NCBI GenBank assembly: GCA_963665125.2
Contig: CAXXUK010000001.1
Span: 3,072,001-3,136,000, forward strand
DNA from: an uncultured Desulfarculus sp.
GTDB lineage: Bacteria; Desulfobacterota; Desulfarculia; Desulfarculales; Desulfarculaceae
Direction of reading: 5' to 3'
DNA: 64,000 nucleotides
The translations under genes and the position numbers were made by a program. This document shows, in pieces, positions 1 through 9,622 of this stretch (its first letter is position 1; the number at the start of each line of letters is the position of its first letter). Under the pieces are notes generated by a model. That model made no database searches. It was not told where the DNA came from and saw nothing but the letters and a program-made list of their open reading frames with translations.

Positions 1-1007
1 ACGTGGCTGGGCTCCAATGAACCGCTGGTGCAGGCCGAGCCGCTGGAGGCGCAGATGCCCAAGGACGACAGATGCAGCAGGATCGATTCGCCCTCGATGT
101 ATTCGAAGCTAACGCTGCATGTGTTGGGCAGGCGGTAGATCTCGTCGCCGTTGAGCATGGTGGCCTCGATTTTAAGCAGGCCTTTTTCCAGCTTGTCGCG
201 CATGGCCTTGACGCGGGTGTTTTCCTCTTCCATGCGCTGATGAGCCAGTTCGCAGGCCCGGCCCAGGCCGATGATGTAGGGCACGTTTTCCGTGCCCGCA
301 CGGCGGCCGTGCTCCTGGTGCCCGCCCTGGATATAGGGCACGAACGGCGTTCCCTTGCGTACGTACAATACGCCGATGCCCTTGGGCGCGTGCAGCTTGT
401 GGCCGCTCAGCGAAAGCATGTCGATGCGGTTGTTGGCCAGGTCGATGGGAATCTTGCCCACGGCCTGCACCGCGTCGGTATGAAACAGCACGCCCCGCTC
501 ATGGCAGATGGCCGCCAGTTCCTCCACCGGGAAGACCACGCCGGTCTCGTTGTTGGCCCACATCACCGATGCGATGGCCGTGTCGTCGCGGATGGCCTCG
601 CGCAACATGTCCGGGTCCAGGAGGCCCTTGCGGTCCACCGGCAGAAACGTCACGTCATAGCCCTTGGCGGCCAGGCCCTGGCAATAATTGAGCACGGCCG
701 GATGCTCCACCCTGGTGGTGATGACGTGTTTCTTGCCGGACCGGCTCCCGAGGGCGCTGTTGATGGCCGCGTTGTCGGATTCCGTGCCGCAGGAGGTGAA
801 GATGATCTCCTGGGGCGTTGCACCCAACAGGCCGGCAACCTGCTCCCTGGCCTGGCGCAGCCGCGCGCCGACCTGGCCGCCGAAATTGTGCATGGAGCTG
901 GGGTTGCCGTATAACTCGCCGAAAAACGGCAGCATGGCCGCCACGACTTCCGGGGCCACCTGGGTGGTGGCGTTGTTGTCAAAGTAATAGACCGGTTCGT
1001 GGCTCAC
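1..1007 (-). CDS. nifS: Cysteine desulfurase NifS/IscS (3' end beyond window)
   Basis: Manual minus-strand translation from GTG at 1007 (overlapping the nifU TAG stop): VSHEPVYYFDNNATTQVAPEV...YGNPSSMH... and catalytic GICASSGSACTSGSLEPSHV at the window edge. Missing from the ORF track because its stop lies outside the window. Confidence 0.96.
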   Translation of the reverse strand, partial: MSHEPVYYFDNNATTQVAPEVVAAMLPFFGELYGNPSSMHNFGGQVGARLRQAREQVAGLLGATPQEIIFTSCGTESDNAAINSALGSRSGKKHVITTRVEHPAVLNYCQGLAAKGYDVTFLPVDRKGLLDPDMLREAIRDDTAIASVMWANNETGVVFPVEELAAICHERGVLFHTDAVQAVGKIPIDLANNRIDMLSLSGHKLHAPKGIGVLYVRKGTPFVPYIQGGHQEHGRRAGTENVPYIIGLGRACELAHQRMEEENTRVKAMRDKLEKGLLKIEATMLNGDEIYRLPNTCSVSFEYIEGESILLHLSSLGICASSGSACTSGSLEPSH

Positions 1008-1855
1008 TAGCGCACCTCCTCCACCACCAGCTCATCGGTGACAAACTCCCGCAGCTTGGCCTGCACGAACTGGCTCAGGGTGGCCTGGCTGGCCGCGCAG
1101 GTGCTGCATGTGCCCCGCAGGGAAACCAGCACCCGGTCGCCGTCGATGTCGATCAACTCGATATCGCCGCCGTCCTGCTTCAAGGCAGGGCGAACTTCGC
1201 GCTCCAGGGTCTGTTCGATGAGCTTCATTTTCTGGATATTGGTCAGCGGCTTTTTGGGCCCGGCCGCGGGCTGGATCGCCAGCGGCGCCGGTTCCATGGT
1301 CCACATGTCGTCCAGGATGGCCTGGATATCCTCCAGGCACTCGCCGCAGCCGCCGCCGGCCTTGGTGTAGTTGGTGATTTCCTCGGCGGTGCGCAGGTTG
1401 TTTTCCCTGGCCACGCGCTTGATCTCTTCGTCGGTGACGCCGAAGCACTGGCAGACCACATGGCCCTCGGCCTGGGGCAGCGCCTCGAGGCCCCGGTAGT
1501 TGCGGATGGCCGCATTGAGGGCCTGTTCGCCCATCACCGAGCAATGCATCTTTTCCTTGGGCAGGCCGCCCAGGTAGTCGGCGATCTGCTTATTGGTGAC
1601 CTTTTCGGCCTCCTCAACGGTCATGCCCTTGATCAGTTCGGTCAGGGCCGAACTGGAGGCGATGGCGCTGGCGCAGCCGAATGTCTGAAACTTGGCGTCG
1701 ACGATTCGCCCGTCTTCGCCGACCTTGATCATCAGCTTGAGGGCGTCGCCGCATGCCAGTGAACCAACCTCTCCCACGCCGTCTGGGTTTTCGATTTCGC
1801 CGACGTTTTTGGGATCAACAAAATGTTCCTTTACCTTGTCGGTGTATTCCCACAT
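1007..1855 (-). CDS. nifU: Fe-S cluster scaffold NifU (IscU + BFD-like 2Fe-2S + Nfu domains)
   Basis: MWEYTDKVKEHF..., GSLACGD, FGCASAIAS, KMHCS, CQCFGV...GGGCGEC, C-terminal DGGDIEL...GTCSTC; adjacent to nifS. Confidence 0.97.
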   Translation of the reverse strand: MWEYTDKVKEHFVDPKNVGEIENPDGVGEVGSLACGDALKLMIKVGEDGRIVDAKFQTFGCASAIASSSALTELIKGMTVEEAEKVTNKQIADYLGGLPKEKMHCSVMGEQALNAAIRNYRGLEALPQAEGHVVCQCFGVTDEEIKRVARENNLRTAEEITNYTKAGGGCGECLEDIQAILDDMWTMEPAPLAIQPAAGPKKPLTNIQKMKLIEQTLEREVRPALKQDGGDIELIDIDGDRVLVSLRGTCSTCAASQATLSQFVQAKLREFVTDELVVEEVR

Positions 1856-1919
1856 ATGGCTTCTCCCAGCCCCGGCGCGTCAGGGCCCGGCGGCGTGGTT
1901 GAGGGTTGATTTTTAAAGT

Positions 1920-2327
1920 CTAATGCCCTTCGGGGTACTCGCACAATTCGATGAGCACGCCCCTGGTGGCCTTGGGATGCAAAAACACCACCCTGGCTCC
2001 ATGGGCACCGGGGCGGGCCTCGTCGCTGGTCAGGGGTACGCCCTTGGCCTTGAGCTCGGCAACGGCCGCGTCGATGTCATCGACCTCGAAGGCCAGATGA
2101 TGCACGCCCTCGCCTTTTTTGCCGATGTATTTGCTCATCACGCCGTCTTCGGTGGTGCTCATGACCAGTTCCACGTTGGTTTCGCCCACGGGAATAAAGC
2201 CGGTGCGCAGCTCGCCCACCGGTTCGGTGGAGGCAAGTTCCATGTCCAGCAGGTCGGTGTATACCTTGGCCACTTCCTCAACGTCTTTGACGGCCACGCC
2301 TATATGCGCCAGTCTCTTGATTTTCAT
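1920..2327 (-). CDS. mce: VOC family protein, probable methylmalonyl-CoA epimerase
   Basis: MKIKRLAHIGVAV, VELV, GEGVHHLAFEVDDI, GAHGARVVFLHPKATRGVLIEL; H/E/H/E metal ligands; start placed at ATG 2327. Confidence 0.85.
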   Translation of the reverse strand: MKIKRLAHIGVAVKDVEEVAKVYTDLLDMELASTEPVGELRTGFIPVGETNVELVMSTTEDGVMSKYIGKKGEGVHHLAFEVDDIDAAVAELKAKGVPLTSDEARPGAHGARVVFLHPKATRGVLIELCEYPEGH

Positions 2328-2511
2328 ACAAAACCCTCTCTGGTCGATTCCGTTCGGACCGGCTATGCCAGGCCCTTCCAATGGTGGTTACCCCAAGACA
2401 CCGCCTGCGGAATGGCGTCTAAATTGAAATGGTTCATTGTTTTTATATTAGGTCCTGGCCCCAGCGGCCGCAAGTTTTATCCCACGGCACCCCCTAGTGG
2501 CTCACGGGCAT

Positions 2512-2544
2512 AAAAACGGCCCGCCCCTGTTGAGGAGCGGGCCG
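2512..2544 (-). terminator. Intrinsic terminator after sat
   Basis: CGGCCCGC...GCGGGCCG stem with A5 on the plus strand (U-tract on minus), just downstream of the sat stop. Confidence 0.75.
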
Positions 2545-2572
2545 ATTGCGGCTTTTTTAAGAGCCTATGGCC

Positions 2573-3775
2573 TTACTTGTTGTCCAGGGACATATAGTAG
2601 TCCATGAGGATCTTGGCCACTTCGGGGCGGGAGAACTCGGGCGGCGGAGCCTCGCCGCGGCCCAGCATCTCGCGAACCTTGGTGCCCGACAGCAGGACGA
2701 AGTCTTCCTTGGTGTGACCCTCGGGAGCGTCCTTCATCATGATGACCTTGCCCAGCTTCTTGCTGTAGGCGGTGTGGTCGGCGCGGTAGATTTCGATCTC
2801 CAGGGCGCCGGCCGGCACTTCGTCGTCAAAGATGGTTTGGGCGTCGAAACCGCCATAGTAGTCGCCCACGCCGGCATGGTCGCGGCCCACGATCAGGTGG
2901 GTGCAGCCGGTGTTCTGGCGGAAAGCGGCGTGCAGCACGGCCTCGCGCGGGCCGGCATAGAGCATGTCAAAGCCGTAACCGGTGACGAGCACGGTGTTCG
3001 GCGGGAAGTACAGTTCGACCATCTTGCGGATGCAGGCGTCGCGAACGTCGGCGGGAATGTCGCCGGCCTTGAGCTTGCCAAGCAGCATGTGAATCAGAAC
3101 GCCGTCGGCGCCCAGCTGCTCGTAGGCCATGTGGCACAGCTCTTCGTGAGCGCGGTGCATGGGGTTACGGGTCTGGAAGGCCACGACCTTTTCCCAGCCC
3201 AGTTTTTCCATGTCTTCGCGGATTTCATAGGCGGTCTTGAAGGTGCCCGGGAAGTCCTTGGTGAAGTAGGAGTAGTTCAGAACCTTGATGGGGCCGGAAA
3301 CCACGAATTTGCCAACGCTGTTGAACGCGGCCACGCCGGGGTGTTCCATATCGTCGGTGCGGTAGACCTTCTCGGTGATGAACTTCATCTGGTCGTCGGT
3401 GAACTCTTCGATGGCCTCAACGTCCTGGATGGCGATCACGGGATTGCCGGCCACGTTGGGGTCTTTCAAGGCGATGCGCTTGGCACCCTTGATGGCGCTG
3501 ACGTCGGACAGCATGTTCATGACCGGGGTGGGCCAGAACTGGCCGTTGGCCATCTTCATCTCTTTGGCAACGCCCATGGCGTCGGCAACGGTCATATAGC
3601 CGGTCAGCGGAGTGAAGTAACCACCGCCCAGCATCACGGCGTTGCCAGCCGCTGCGGAGCTGACCACAACCGAAGGCAGGCCCGCGGCCTCTTTGATCAG
3701 GTCGGCGCGCTCAGCTTCATCCATTACGAACAGCGGCTTCAGGGCTCCGCCGCCCAGGGGCTTAATCAATGCCAT
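2573..3775 (-). CDS. sat: Sulfate adenylyltransferase (ATP sulfurylase)
   Basis: VAFQTRNPMHRAHE, MLYAGPREAVLHA, IVGRDHAGVG, LSGTKVREML, PPPEFSRPEV; RBS GAGGAGG upstream of ATG 3775. Confidence 0.98.
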   Translation of the reverse strand: MALIKPLGGGALKPLFVMDEAERADLIKEAAGLPSVVVSSAAAGNAVMLGGGYFTPLTGYMTVADAMGVAKEMKMANGQFWPTPVMNMLSDVSAIKGAKRIALKDPNVAGNPVIAIQDVEAIEEFTDDQMKFITEKVYRTDDMEHPGVAAFNSVGKFVVSGPIKVLNYSYFTKDFPGTFKTAYEIREDMEKLGWEKVVAFQTRNPMHRAHEELCHMAYEQLGADGVLIHMLLGKLKAGDIPADVRDACIRKMVELYFPPNTVLVTGYGFDMLYAGPREAVLHAAFRQNTGCTHLIVGRDHAGVGDYYGGFDAQTIFDDEVPAGALEIEIYRADHTAYSKKLGKVIMMKDAPEGHTKEDFVLLSGTKVREMLGRGEAPPPEFSRPEVAKILMDYYMSLDNK

Positions 3776-3913
3776 GTCCAAATCCTCCTCGGGTTTGTTT
3801 TGTAGTGCGCCCTGCGTGGGCGCCCGCCGGTCACCGGCGGATTACTGTTGAACCAAAAATTTCAAAAGAAAGCTCCTCGCCGTCCGGCCTAGGCCGGCGT
3901 CCGCGGTGCTCTT

Positions 3914-3931
3914 TTGTGCAAAACGTAACAA
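3914..3931. promoter_or_regulatory. Possible Rex operator in the sat upstream region
   Basis: TTGTGCA-AAAC-GTAACAA, 3 mismatches to TTGTGAA-N4-TTCACAA; Rex control of sat is known in Desulfovibrio. Confidence 0.5.
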
Positions 3932-4023
3932 CGGGTGGCCAAAAACAAGGGAGATCACTCTCCCGGCCGGGCGGCCTTCCCGGCGCATGGCGGCTCCTCA
4001 ACATGGAACCACCGTTGCACGTT

Positions 4024-4052
4024 ACAATAGAAGGAGGCCACAGCCTTGTCAA
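4024..4052 (-). promoter_or_regulatory. Sigma70 promoter oriented toward sat
   Basis: Minus strand TTGACA-17 nt-TATTGT. Confidence 0.7.
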
Positions 4053-4092
4053 GACAAAATAGCCTCCGCCCTATCTAATTGATGCGGCTTCG

Positions 4093-4461
4093 CTAATCAG
4101 GGATATAGGTAGCCCGCGAATCATCCGATTCCCAGGCCGAAACCCTGGCCACGGCCACATGCTCCGGCAGACGCCCGGCTACATATTCGGCCAGATATTT
4201 GGCGATCATCTCCGAAGACGGGTTGATTTCCGTAAACGGCGCGACCTCGTTGAGATGATGATGATCCAGGTAGTCCAGGGCCTCGTTCATCAGTTTTTTC
4301 AGTTCGCCGAAGTCCATCAACAGGTCGGCCTTGTCCAGTTTGTCGCCCCGGACAACGATCTCCACCCGCCAGTTGTGGCCGTGCAGGGCCTCGCAACGGC
4401 CGTTGAAATTACGCAGAAAATGAGCCGCGGCAAAACGGCCGGTCACCATTAATTCAAACAA
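4093..4461 (-). CDS. queD: 6-carboxytetrahydropterin synthase QueD
   Basis: FAAAHFL, CEALHGHNW, LDHHHLNE, NPSSEMIA, VSAWES. Confidence 0.93.
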   Translation of the reverse strand: MFELMVTGRFAAAHFLRNFNGRCEALHGHNWRVEIVVRGDKLDKADLLMDFGELKKLMNEALDYLDHHHLNEVAPFTEINPSSEMIAKYLAEYVAGRLPEHVAVARVSAWESDDSRATYIPD

Positions 4462-4475
4462 TTGCTGATTCCTTG

Positions 4476-4838
4476 CTAGTCCTCGTCGGAGGCGTTGGGG
4501 TCATAGGGTTTGCCGCATTCGGTGCATTTGCCGTCGGGCCCGATAATGCCGATGCAGTTGCCGTCGCTGCAGGCCACCCGCTTGCCGGGATCATAGGCAT
4601 AGTCGCCGCCATCGCCGGTGTCGGATTCAACGGACTCGCCGCATGAATGACAATATTTGGCCTCGGCAAGCAGATGCTGTCCGCAGGTGGAACAGGTCAG
4701 CAGCTTGCGGCCTTCGCTTTCGCCCGGAGGCAACAGGTGGCCGCAATTTTGGCAGAAGTTGGCGCCGGTCAGGGCCTTTTGTCCGCAGTTGGGGCAGTCA
4801 TCGGTGGGAAGTGGCTGTTGGCAATGGGGGCACTCCAT
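4476..4838 (-). CDS. Zinc-ribbon (double zinc ribbon) protein
   Basis: Repeated CxxC pairs (CPHC, CPNC, CQNC, CSTC, CHSC, CTEC) and C-terminal CSDGNCIGIIGPDGKC; RBS GGGAGAG before ATG 4838. Confidence 0.85.
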   Translation of the reverse strand: MECPHCQQPLPTDDCPNCGQKALTGANFCQNCGHLLPPGESEGRKLLTCSTCGQHLLAEAKYCHSCGESVESDTGDGGDYAYDPGKRVACSDGNCIGIIGPDGKCTECGKPYDPNASDED

Positions 4839-5214
4839 ATCGGCTCTCCCTTTTTTTTGATATTGGCCTCGTGGGCCGGTAAGCTGTCCATGATAGGCAA
4901 AATTCTGGGCCGACAATCCGTTTCTGTCAACACCCGCACGGCGCATCTTGACATGCCGAAGCCGCCCATGCTAGCAATGCAGATGCGTTGCAAAAGGGCC
5001 GATTTTGGTCCGGCCTGTGGATCAATACAGCGCCACATGCGGGCGATTTCGCATTATAACCGCGATTGCGCGCCAATGGCAAACAAGCTTGGACCACATG
5101 ACCGAACTCCCGCCCGGCGCCGAGCAACCACGCTTCTGGCCCAAACCGCACCAGCTGGCCGTTTTTCATCGGCCAGCCAGTATTTAGCCCAAGGGCTTGA
5201 ATGGAGAAATATTT

Positions 5215-6903
5215 ATGACCAAATTTACCGGTGCCCGCAAGGTTTGGCGCGTATTGGCGATTCTCACCATCAGCTTGGTGATGATCGGCGTCGGCGTGGC
5301 CCAGGCCGGGATCATCCGCGTGGCGATCCTGCCTTTTTCGGCCAACGCGCCCCAGGATATTTCCTATCTGACCAAGGGCATCCGCGACATGTTGGCCTCC
5401 CGTCTGGCCTGGCAGGGCAAGGTCCAGGTCGTTGAGCCGGATATGGTCACCAATGCATTGAAGGGCGTAAAGGCTCCGTACAATGACGAAAAGGCCAGGG
5501 CCGCCGGCGAAAAACTGCATGCCGAGGTCGTGGTTTTCGGTGCGGTGACCATGCTGGGCAAGGCCATCAGCATCGACGCGCGGGTGGTCAAGGTGGGCCA
5601 AGCCGATCCGGCCCTTACCGCCTTTGTCCAGGCCCCCAACGAAAACGAGGTCATCCCCAAGATCAACGCCTTTGCCCAGCGCATCAACGCCGAGATATTC
5701 CGGCGGCCCGAGGCCGTGGAGGCCATGAAGCATCAGGCCAGCGGTGAGGAGTCCGGCGGTGGTTCATCGGGCAAAGCCGAAGTCCAGCAGGATGACGGCG
5801 ACGAGCACATGAGCCCGCTCAACCCGATGTTCATCAAGAAGCTCTACGGCGTGCGCTCCGACCGGTTCTGGCGCAGCCCCAGGATTCACGGCTCGGTCAA
5901 CAGCATTGCCGTGGCCGATATCGATGGTGACGGCAACCAGGAGGTCCTGGTGCTTACGGCCAAGAGCCTGCGCGTCTACCGCCATGGCGGAGACTACTTC
6001 CGCATGGTCACCGAATATAAAGACATCCCCTTGGGCGCCTATTTGTATTATGTCGACGCCGGAGACTTAAACGGCGACGGCAGGCCCGAAATCTATATAA
6101 GCTGCCGCATCGCCCACGCCCTGGCCAGCTTCGTGCTCAGCTTTGACCAGGGCCGCTTTGTCATGTTGGAGAACAACATCACCTATTACCTGCGTATGCA
6201 GGACAATCCCTGGGGCGAGGGCAAGGTGCTCTTCGGTCAGCAAACCGCGGCCGACATGCCCTTCTGGGGCCCGATTTACCGCATGAAATGGAAAGACGGC
6301 AAGCTCGAGGCCGGTGAACAGCTCGAGCTGCCCGACGTGTCCACCATCTACAATTTCGTGCTGGCCGATCTCAACGGCACCGGCGGCAGGCCCATGTGCG
6401 TACTCAGCGGCAACACCTATCATATGCGCGTATACGACCGCCGCATGCAGCCACTATGGGTAAGCTCCGAGCAGTACAACGCCTCGGATCTCTATGTCTG
6501 GTACAAGCCCCTTTCCGGCGGCGCCGAGGACGAAAGCATCTGGTATTTCCACACCAGGATGCTGGCGGTGGACCTGGACGGCAACGGCCAGAAAGAGATT
6601 ATCGCCGTGCGCAACTCCGATCCCAGCGGCATGATGCTGGGCCGCATGCGCATGTTCAACCGGGGCCAGATATTCTCATTGCAGTGGAACGGCATGTCCA
6701 TGGTTGAAAACTGGCGCACGCCTCGCATATCGGGCTATGTGGCCGACTACGCCATCGCCGATGTCTCGGGCAGCGGCGAACCGGCCCTGGTGCTGGCCTA
6801 CAACATGCGTGAATACGGCGGCCTTATGGACAAGGGCTTTGCCTACGTGGTGGCCTACACCATCAAGCCCAAGGAACTGAGTTCAAAGGGCCGCGGCCAA
6901 TAG
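5215..6903 (+). CDS. Exported FG-GAP/VCBS repeat protein with N-terminal TolB_N/CsgG-like domain
   Basis: Signal peptide (...GVAQA), VAILPF, repeated DxDGDG motifs (ADIDGDG, GDLNGDG, VDLDGNG). Confidence 0.85.
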   Translation: MTKFTGARKVWRVLAILTISLVMIGVGVAQAGIIRVAILPFSANAPQDISYLTKGIRDMLASRLAWQGKVQVVEPDMVTNALKGVKAPYNDEKARAAGEKLHAEVVVFGAVTMLGKAISIDARVVKVGQADPALTAFVQAPNENEVIPKINAFAQRINAEIFRRPEAVEAMKHQASGEESGGGSSGKAEVQQDDGDEHMSPLNPMFIKKLYGVRSDRFWRSPRIHGSVNSIAVADIDGDGNQEVLVLTAKSLRVYRHGGDYFRMVTEYKDIPLGAYLYYVDAGDLNGDGRPEIYISCRIAHALASFVLSFDQGRFVMLENNITYYLRMQDNPWGEGKVLFGQQTAADMPFWGPIYRMKWKDGKLEAGEQLELPDVSTIYNFVLADLNGTGGRPMCVLSGNTYHMRVYDRRMQPLWVSSEQYNASDLYVWYKPLSGGAEDESIWYFHTRMLAVDLDGNGQKEIIAVRNSDPSGMMLGRMRMFNRGQIFSLQWNGMSMVENWRTPRISGYVADYAIADVSGSGEPALVLAYNMREYGGLMDKGFAYVVAYTIKPKELSSKGRGQ

Positions 6904-6922
6904 CTTTAATAACGGCATTGCC

Positions 6923-7405
6923 TTAGACGGCCGCCTCAACCGGGGCGGCCTTTAATATTCCCACCAGGAGTTGGGGGTCCATCTCGGCCAGCAAACCTCT
7001 CCTGCCCGCGTTGATCAGGATGCGGGGCAAATCGAGGATGGTCTTTTGCAAGTAGAGCGGCGGCTGGGTCCTGGTGCCAAAGGGGGAAATGCCCCCCACC
7101 ATATAACCCGTAACCCGCTGTACAGTGGCCTCGTCGGCGGGAGCGACGGTCTTTACGCCCAGATGCCGGGCCAGGGCCTTGGTCGACACTTCCTTGTCGC
7201 CGTGCATCAATATTATCAATGGTTTGTCACCATCGGCGACGAACACCAGGGTCTTGATTATGGCGTGTTCATCCCAGCCCAGTTCCCGGGACGCCAGGGC
7301 GGTGCCGCCCTTATGCTGATAAATGTAGGCGTGCAGAATTAAATCCACGCCCTCGGCCTCCATGGCCCTCATTGCCTGGGTCATGGGCCCTTTTTTCGAC
7401 GACAT
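6923..7405 (-). CDS. ybaK: YbaK/EbsC family aminoacyl-tRNA deacylase
   Basis: IIKTLV, TGYMVGGISPFG, INAGRRG motifs. Confidence 0.9.
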   Translation of the reverse strand: MSSKKGPMTQAMRAMEAEGVDLILHAYIYQHKGGTALASRELGWDEHAIIKTLVFVADGDKPLIILMHGDKEVSTKALARHLGVKTVAPADEATVQRVTGYMVGGISPFGTRTQPPLYLQKTILDLPRILINAGRRGLLAEMDPQLLVGILKAAPVEAAV

Positions 7406-7525
7406 TCGGCGTTCCCTTTCTTGGCGGTCAGGCCCGGCTAGCGTCAGCCGCCCGAAAAAATTTCGTTACAAGTTCCTGTTACTAATTTTTCCCCGCCAAG
7501 GGCTTTTGCGCAACAGGCGATATGA

Positions 7526-8062
7526 TTATTTCACCACGGAATCTTCCCGGCCTATGGCAAGTCGCATGGCGCAGCGCCGCTGTTTCGGCAATCCGTGCTC
7601 AACCTCGCAACGCAGGACCCCGGTTAAACGCTCGCCAAGCTGCTCCGGGGAAAGGGTCCGTAAGCCGAGATGCCGGTAAAACGGTTCATTCCATTTGATA
7701 TCACGGAAGGTGGTAAGCGTCACTGAGGCAAGGCCCTTTTGGCGGGCGGCCTGTATGGCTTTTTGGACCAACGCCTTGCCGTGGCCCAGGCCCTGCCGAT
7801 CTTGGCGCACCGCCACCCCCCAAACATGCAGATCCCCGTCCACGGCTTCGGCGGACAAAAAGCCCACAATACCTCCGCCTTCGTCCTCGGCGACCCAACT
7901 GGTGCCCCGCCGGATCAGCTCCCGGTGGCGCCCGGCGCTCTGGACATCATCATCTGCTATCCACGCAAGCTCGGGAATCTTAAGAAAAGCCCTGCAAGCC
8001 GACCTCTCGATGTCGGGCAGCAAGTCCGCTTCTTTTTCCAGGGTTGGCCTGATTCTGGTCAT
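7526..8062 (-). CDS. GNAT family N-acetyltransferase
   Basis: VAVRQDRQGLGHG acetyl-CoA motif, LTTFRDIKWNEPFY; start at ATG 8062 (MTRIRP). Confidence 0.88.
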   Translation of the reverse strand: MTRIRPTLEKEADLLPDIERSACRAFLKIPELAWIADDDVQSAGRHRELIRRGTSWVAEDEGGGIVGFLSAEAVDGDLHVWGVAVRQDRQGLGHGKALVQKAIQAARQKGLASVTLTTFRDIKWNEPFYRHLGLRTLSPEQLGERLTGVLRCEVEHGLPKQRRCAMRLAIGREDSVVK

Positions 8063-8170
8063 GTTGTGTTCCCTACCGGCGTTCCGGGCATTTTCCGCTC
8101 CGGGTCTGTTTTTTTGCTCAAGATCATCAAGGACTCCACCGATTAATAGATATGGCGGGAGAATATTCCT

Positions 8171-8587
8171 ATGTCGCAAAGCGACCTCATACCGGGCCTG
8201 CACGCGTTTTTCCAACACCTGGACCAGCGGTCTTCCTGGGACGGCTGGGGCTCGGTTTCCTGGGGTGATTATTTCGACGACGTGGCCCGGCGCTATCCCG
8301 ACGCCGTGCAAAGCGGCTCCAGCCTGGTCATGCAAGGCTCCGGGGCCAATAAACTCTACAATATCACCTTTGGCTTTGATTCCAACCGCAACCTCAGTTC
8401 GGTGACCCTTAGCTTCGAGGGCGGCACCGAAACCGCCGACTTCGCCTCCATCTCCCGGCAATTCATAAGCCGCCTGGGCAAGCCATCTCAAAGCACCGGC
8501 ACCAGCCAAACCTGGACTAGGGACTCCACCAGTGCCACGGCCGTCGGCCGGCCGGACAGCGGCACGGTGCTCAGCCAGATCATATAA
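8171..8587 (+). CDS. Hypothetical protein
   Basis: 138-aa ORF with protein-like composition filling the gap; GGAG upstream; ends at a terminator hairpin. Confidence 0.65.
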   Translation: MSQSDLIPGLHAFFQHLDQRSSWDGWGSVSWGDYFDDVARRYPDAVQSGSSLVMQGSGANKLYNITFGFDSNRNLSSVTLSFEGGTETADFASISRQFISRLGKPSQSTGTSQTWTRDSTSATAVGRPDSGTVLSQII

Positions 8588-8622
8588 AAAAACCGCCGCC
8601 AAGGCTTTGGCCCCGGCGGCGG
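8586..8622 (-). terminator. Intrinsic terminator between convergent genes
   Basis: A7 followed by CCGCCGCC...GGCGGCGG. Confidence 0.65.
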
Positions 8623-8653
8623 ATCGTGTTTTGCCATAACGGCTGGCTGTGGA

Positions 8654-9622
8654 TTAGCCCTTGGCCCAGTTACGGTAAAAATCGATGGTCTTTTTCAGGC
8701 CGTCTTCCAGGGTGGTGGTGGCCTCCCAGCCGATGGTCTTTTTAATGCGGCTTACATCGGGAATACGCCGGGGGATGTCTTCATAAGATTTGCCGAAGAC
8801 CTCCACGTGGGGCTTGAAGATCAGTTCGTTTTCAAACCCGCCAACATTGATCAGGGTTTCGGCCAATTCCAGAATCGATGTCTCGCGGTCGTTGCCCACG
8901 TTGAAGCAGGTGCCCTCAGCCGCCGGATTCAAGGCCAGCTCAACCACGGCCTGGCAGGCGTCCTCGATAAAGGTGAAGCAGCGGGTCTGCTTGCCATCTC
9001 CGTGGATGACCAGGGGCTCGCCGCCCAGCAGCTTTTCCATGAAGATGGGGATCACCCGGCCCTGGCCCAGGTCGTCGCAGCGGGGGCCGTACACGTTGAA
9101 AAAGCGCATGATCACAAACGGCAGGTTTTCCTGCTGGTTGTAGGCATACAGGAAATGCTCGATAAGGGCCTTGCCCGTGGAGTAGCACCAGCGGTTGATG
9201 CTGGGCGGGCCCAGCACGCGGTCGGCGTCTTCATTGAACGGCACCTGGGAGTTGCGGCCCGGCACCTCGCTGGTGGAAGCGAAGATCACCTTGGCTCCGT
9301 GGGAAGAACACATCTCCAGAAGCTGGATGGAGCCCTTGACGTTGATGTTGAGCACGTTGAGCGGTTCGGTGACGTAGCGCTTGGGGTCGGCGATGGCCGC
9401 CAGGTGGATGACGATGTCGCTACGGGAAACCTGGCGCTCCAACACGTCCTTGTTCATGATGGAGTCCTGCACGAACTTGAAGCGGCCTGTCTCGAACAGA
9501 TGCTCGACCTTGCGCGATGAGCCGTTGTCCAGGGCAATGACCTCATGCCCGCGCTCGATGAGGTATTCGCAGACAAAAGAACCAATGGAGCCTGCGCCTC
9601 CGGTAACCAGAACACGTTTCAT
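8654..9622 (-). CDS. NAD-dependent nucleotide-sugar epimerase/decarboxylase (ArnA C-domain / UDP-glucuronate decarboxylase-like SDR)
   Basis: VLVTGGAGSIG, HLAAIA, ASTSEV, RWCYSTGK (YxxxK), RFFNVYGPR, QTRCFT, YEDIPRRIPD. Confidence 0.9.
   Translation of the reverse strand: MKRVLVTGGAGSIGSFVCEYLIERGHEVIALDNGSSRKVEHLFETGRFKFVQDSIMNKDVLERQVSRSDIVIHLAAIADPKRYVTEPLNVLNINVKGSIQLLEMCSSHGAKVIFASTSEVPGRNSQVPFNEDADRVLGPPSINRWCYSTGKALIEHFLYAYNQQENLPFVIMRFFNVYGPRCDDLGQGRVIPIFMEKLLGGEPLVIHGDGKQTRCFTFIEDACQAVVELALNPAAEGTCFNVGNDRETSILELAETLINVGGFENELIFKPHVEVFGKSYEDIPRRIPDVSRIKKTIGWEATTTLEDGLKKTIDFYRNWAKG

Noticed and set aside
72..914. 280-aa plus-strand ORF
   Set aside because: Antisense shadow of nifS, typical of high-GC codon bias.
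2567..3805. 412-aa plus-strand ORF
   Set aside because: Antisense shadow of sat with no recognisable motifs.
8063..8602. N-terminal extension of the GNAT ORF (7526..8602)
   Set aside because: It overlaps the plus-strand hypothetical gene; the GNAT domain starts at 8062.
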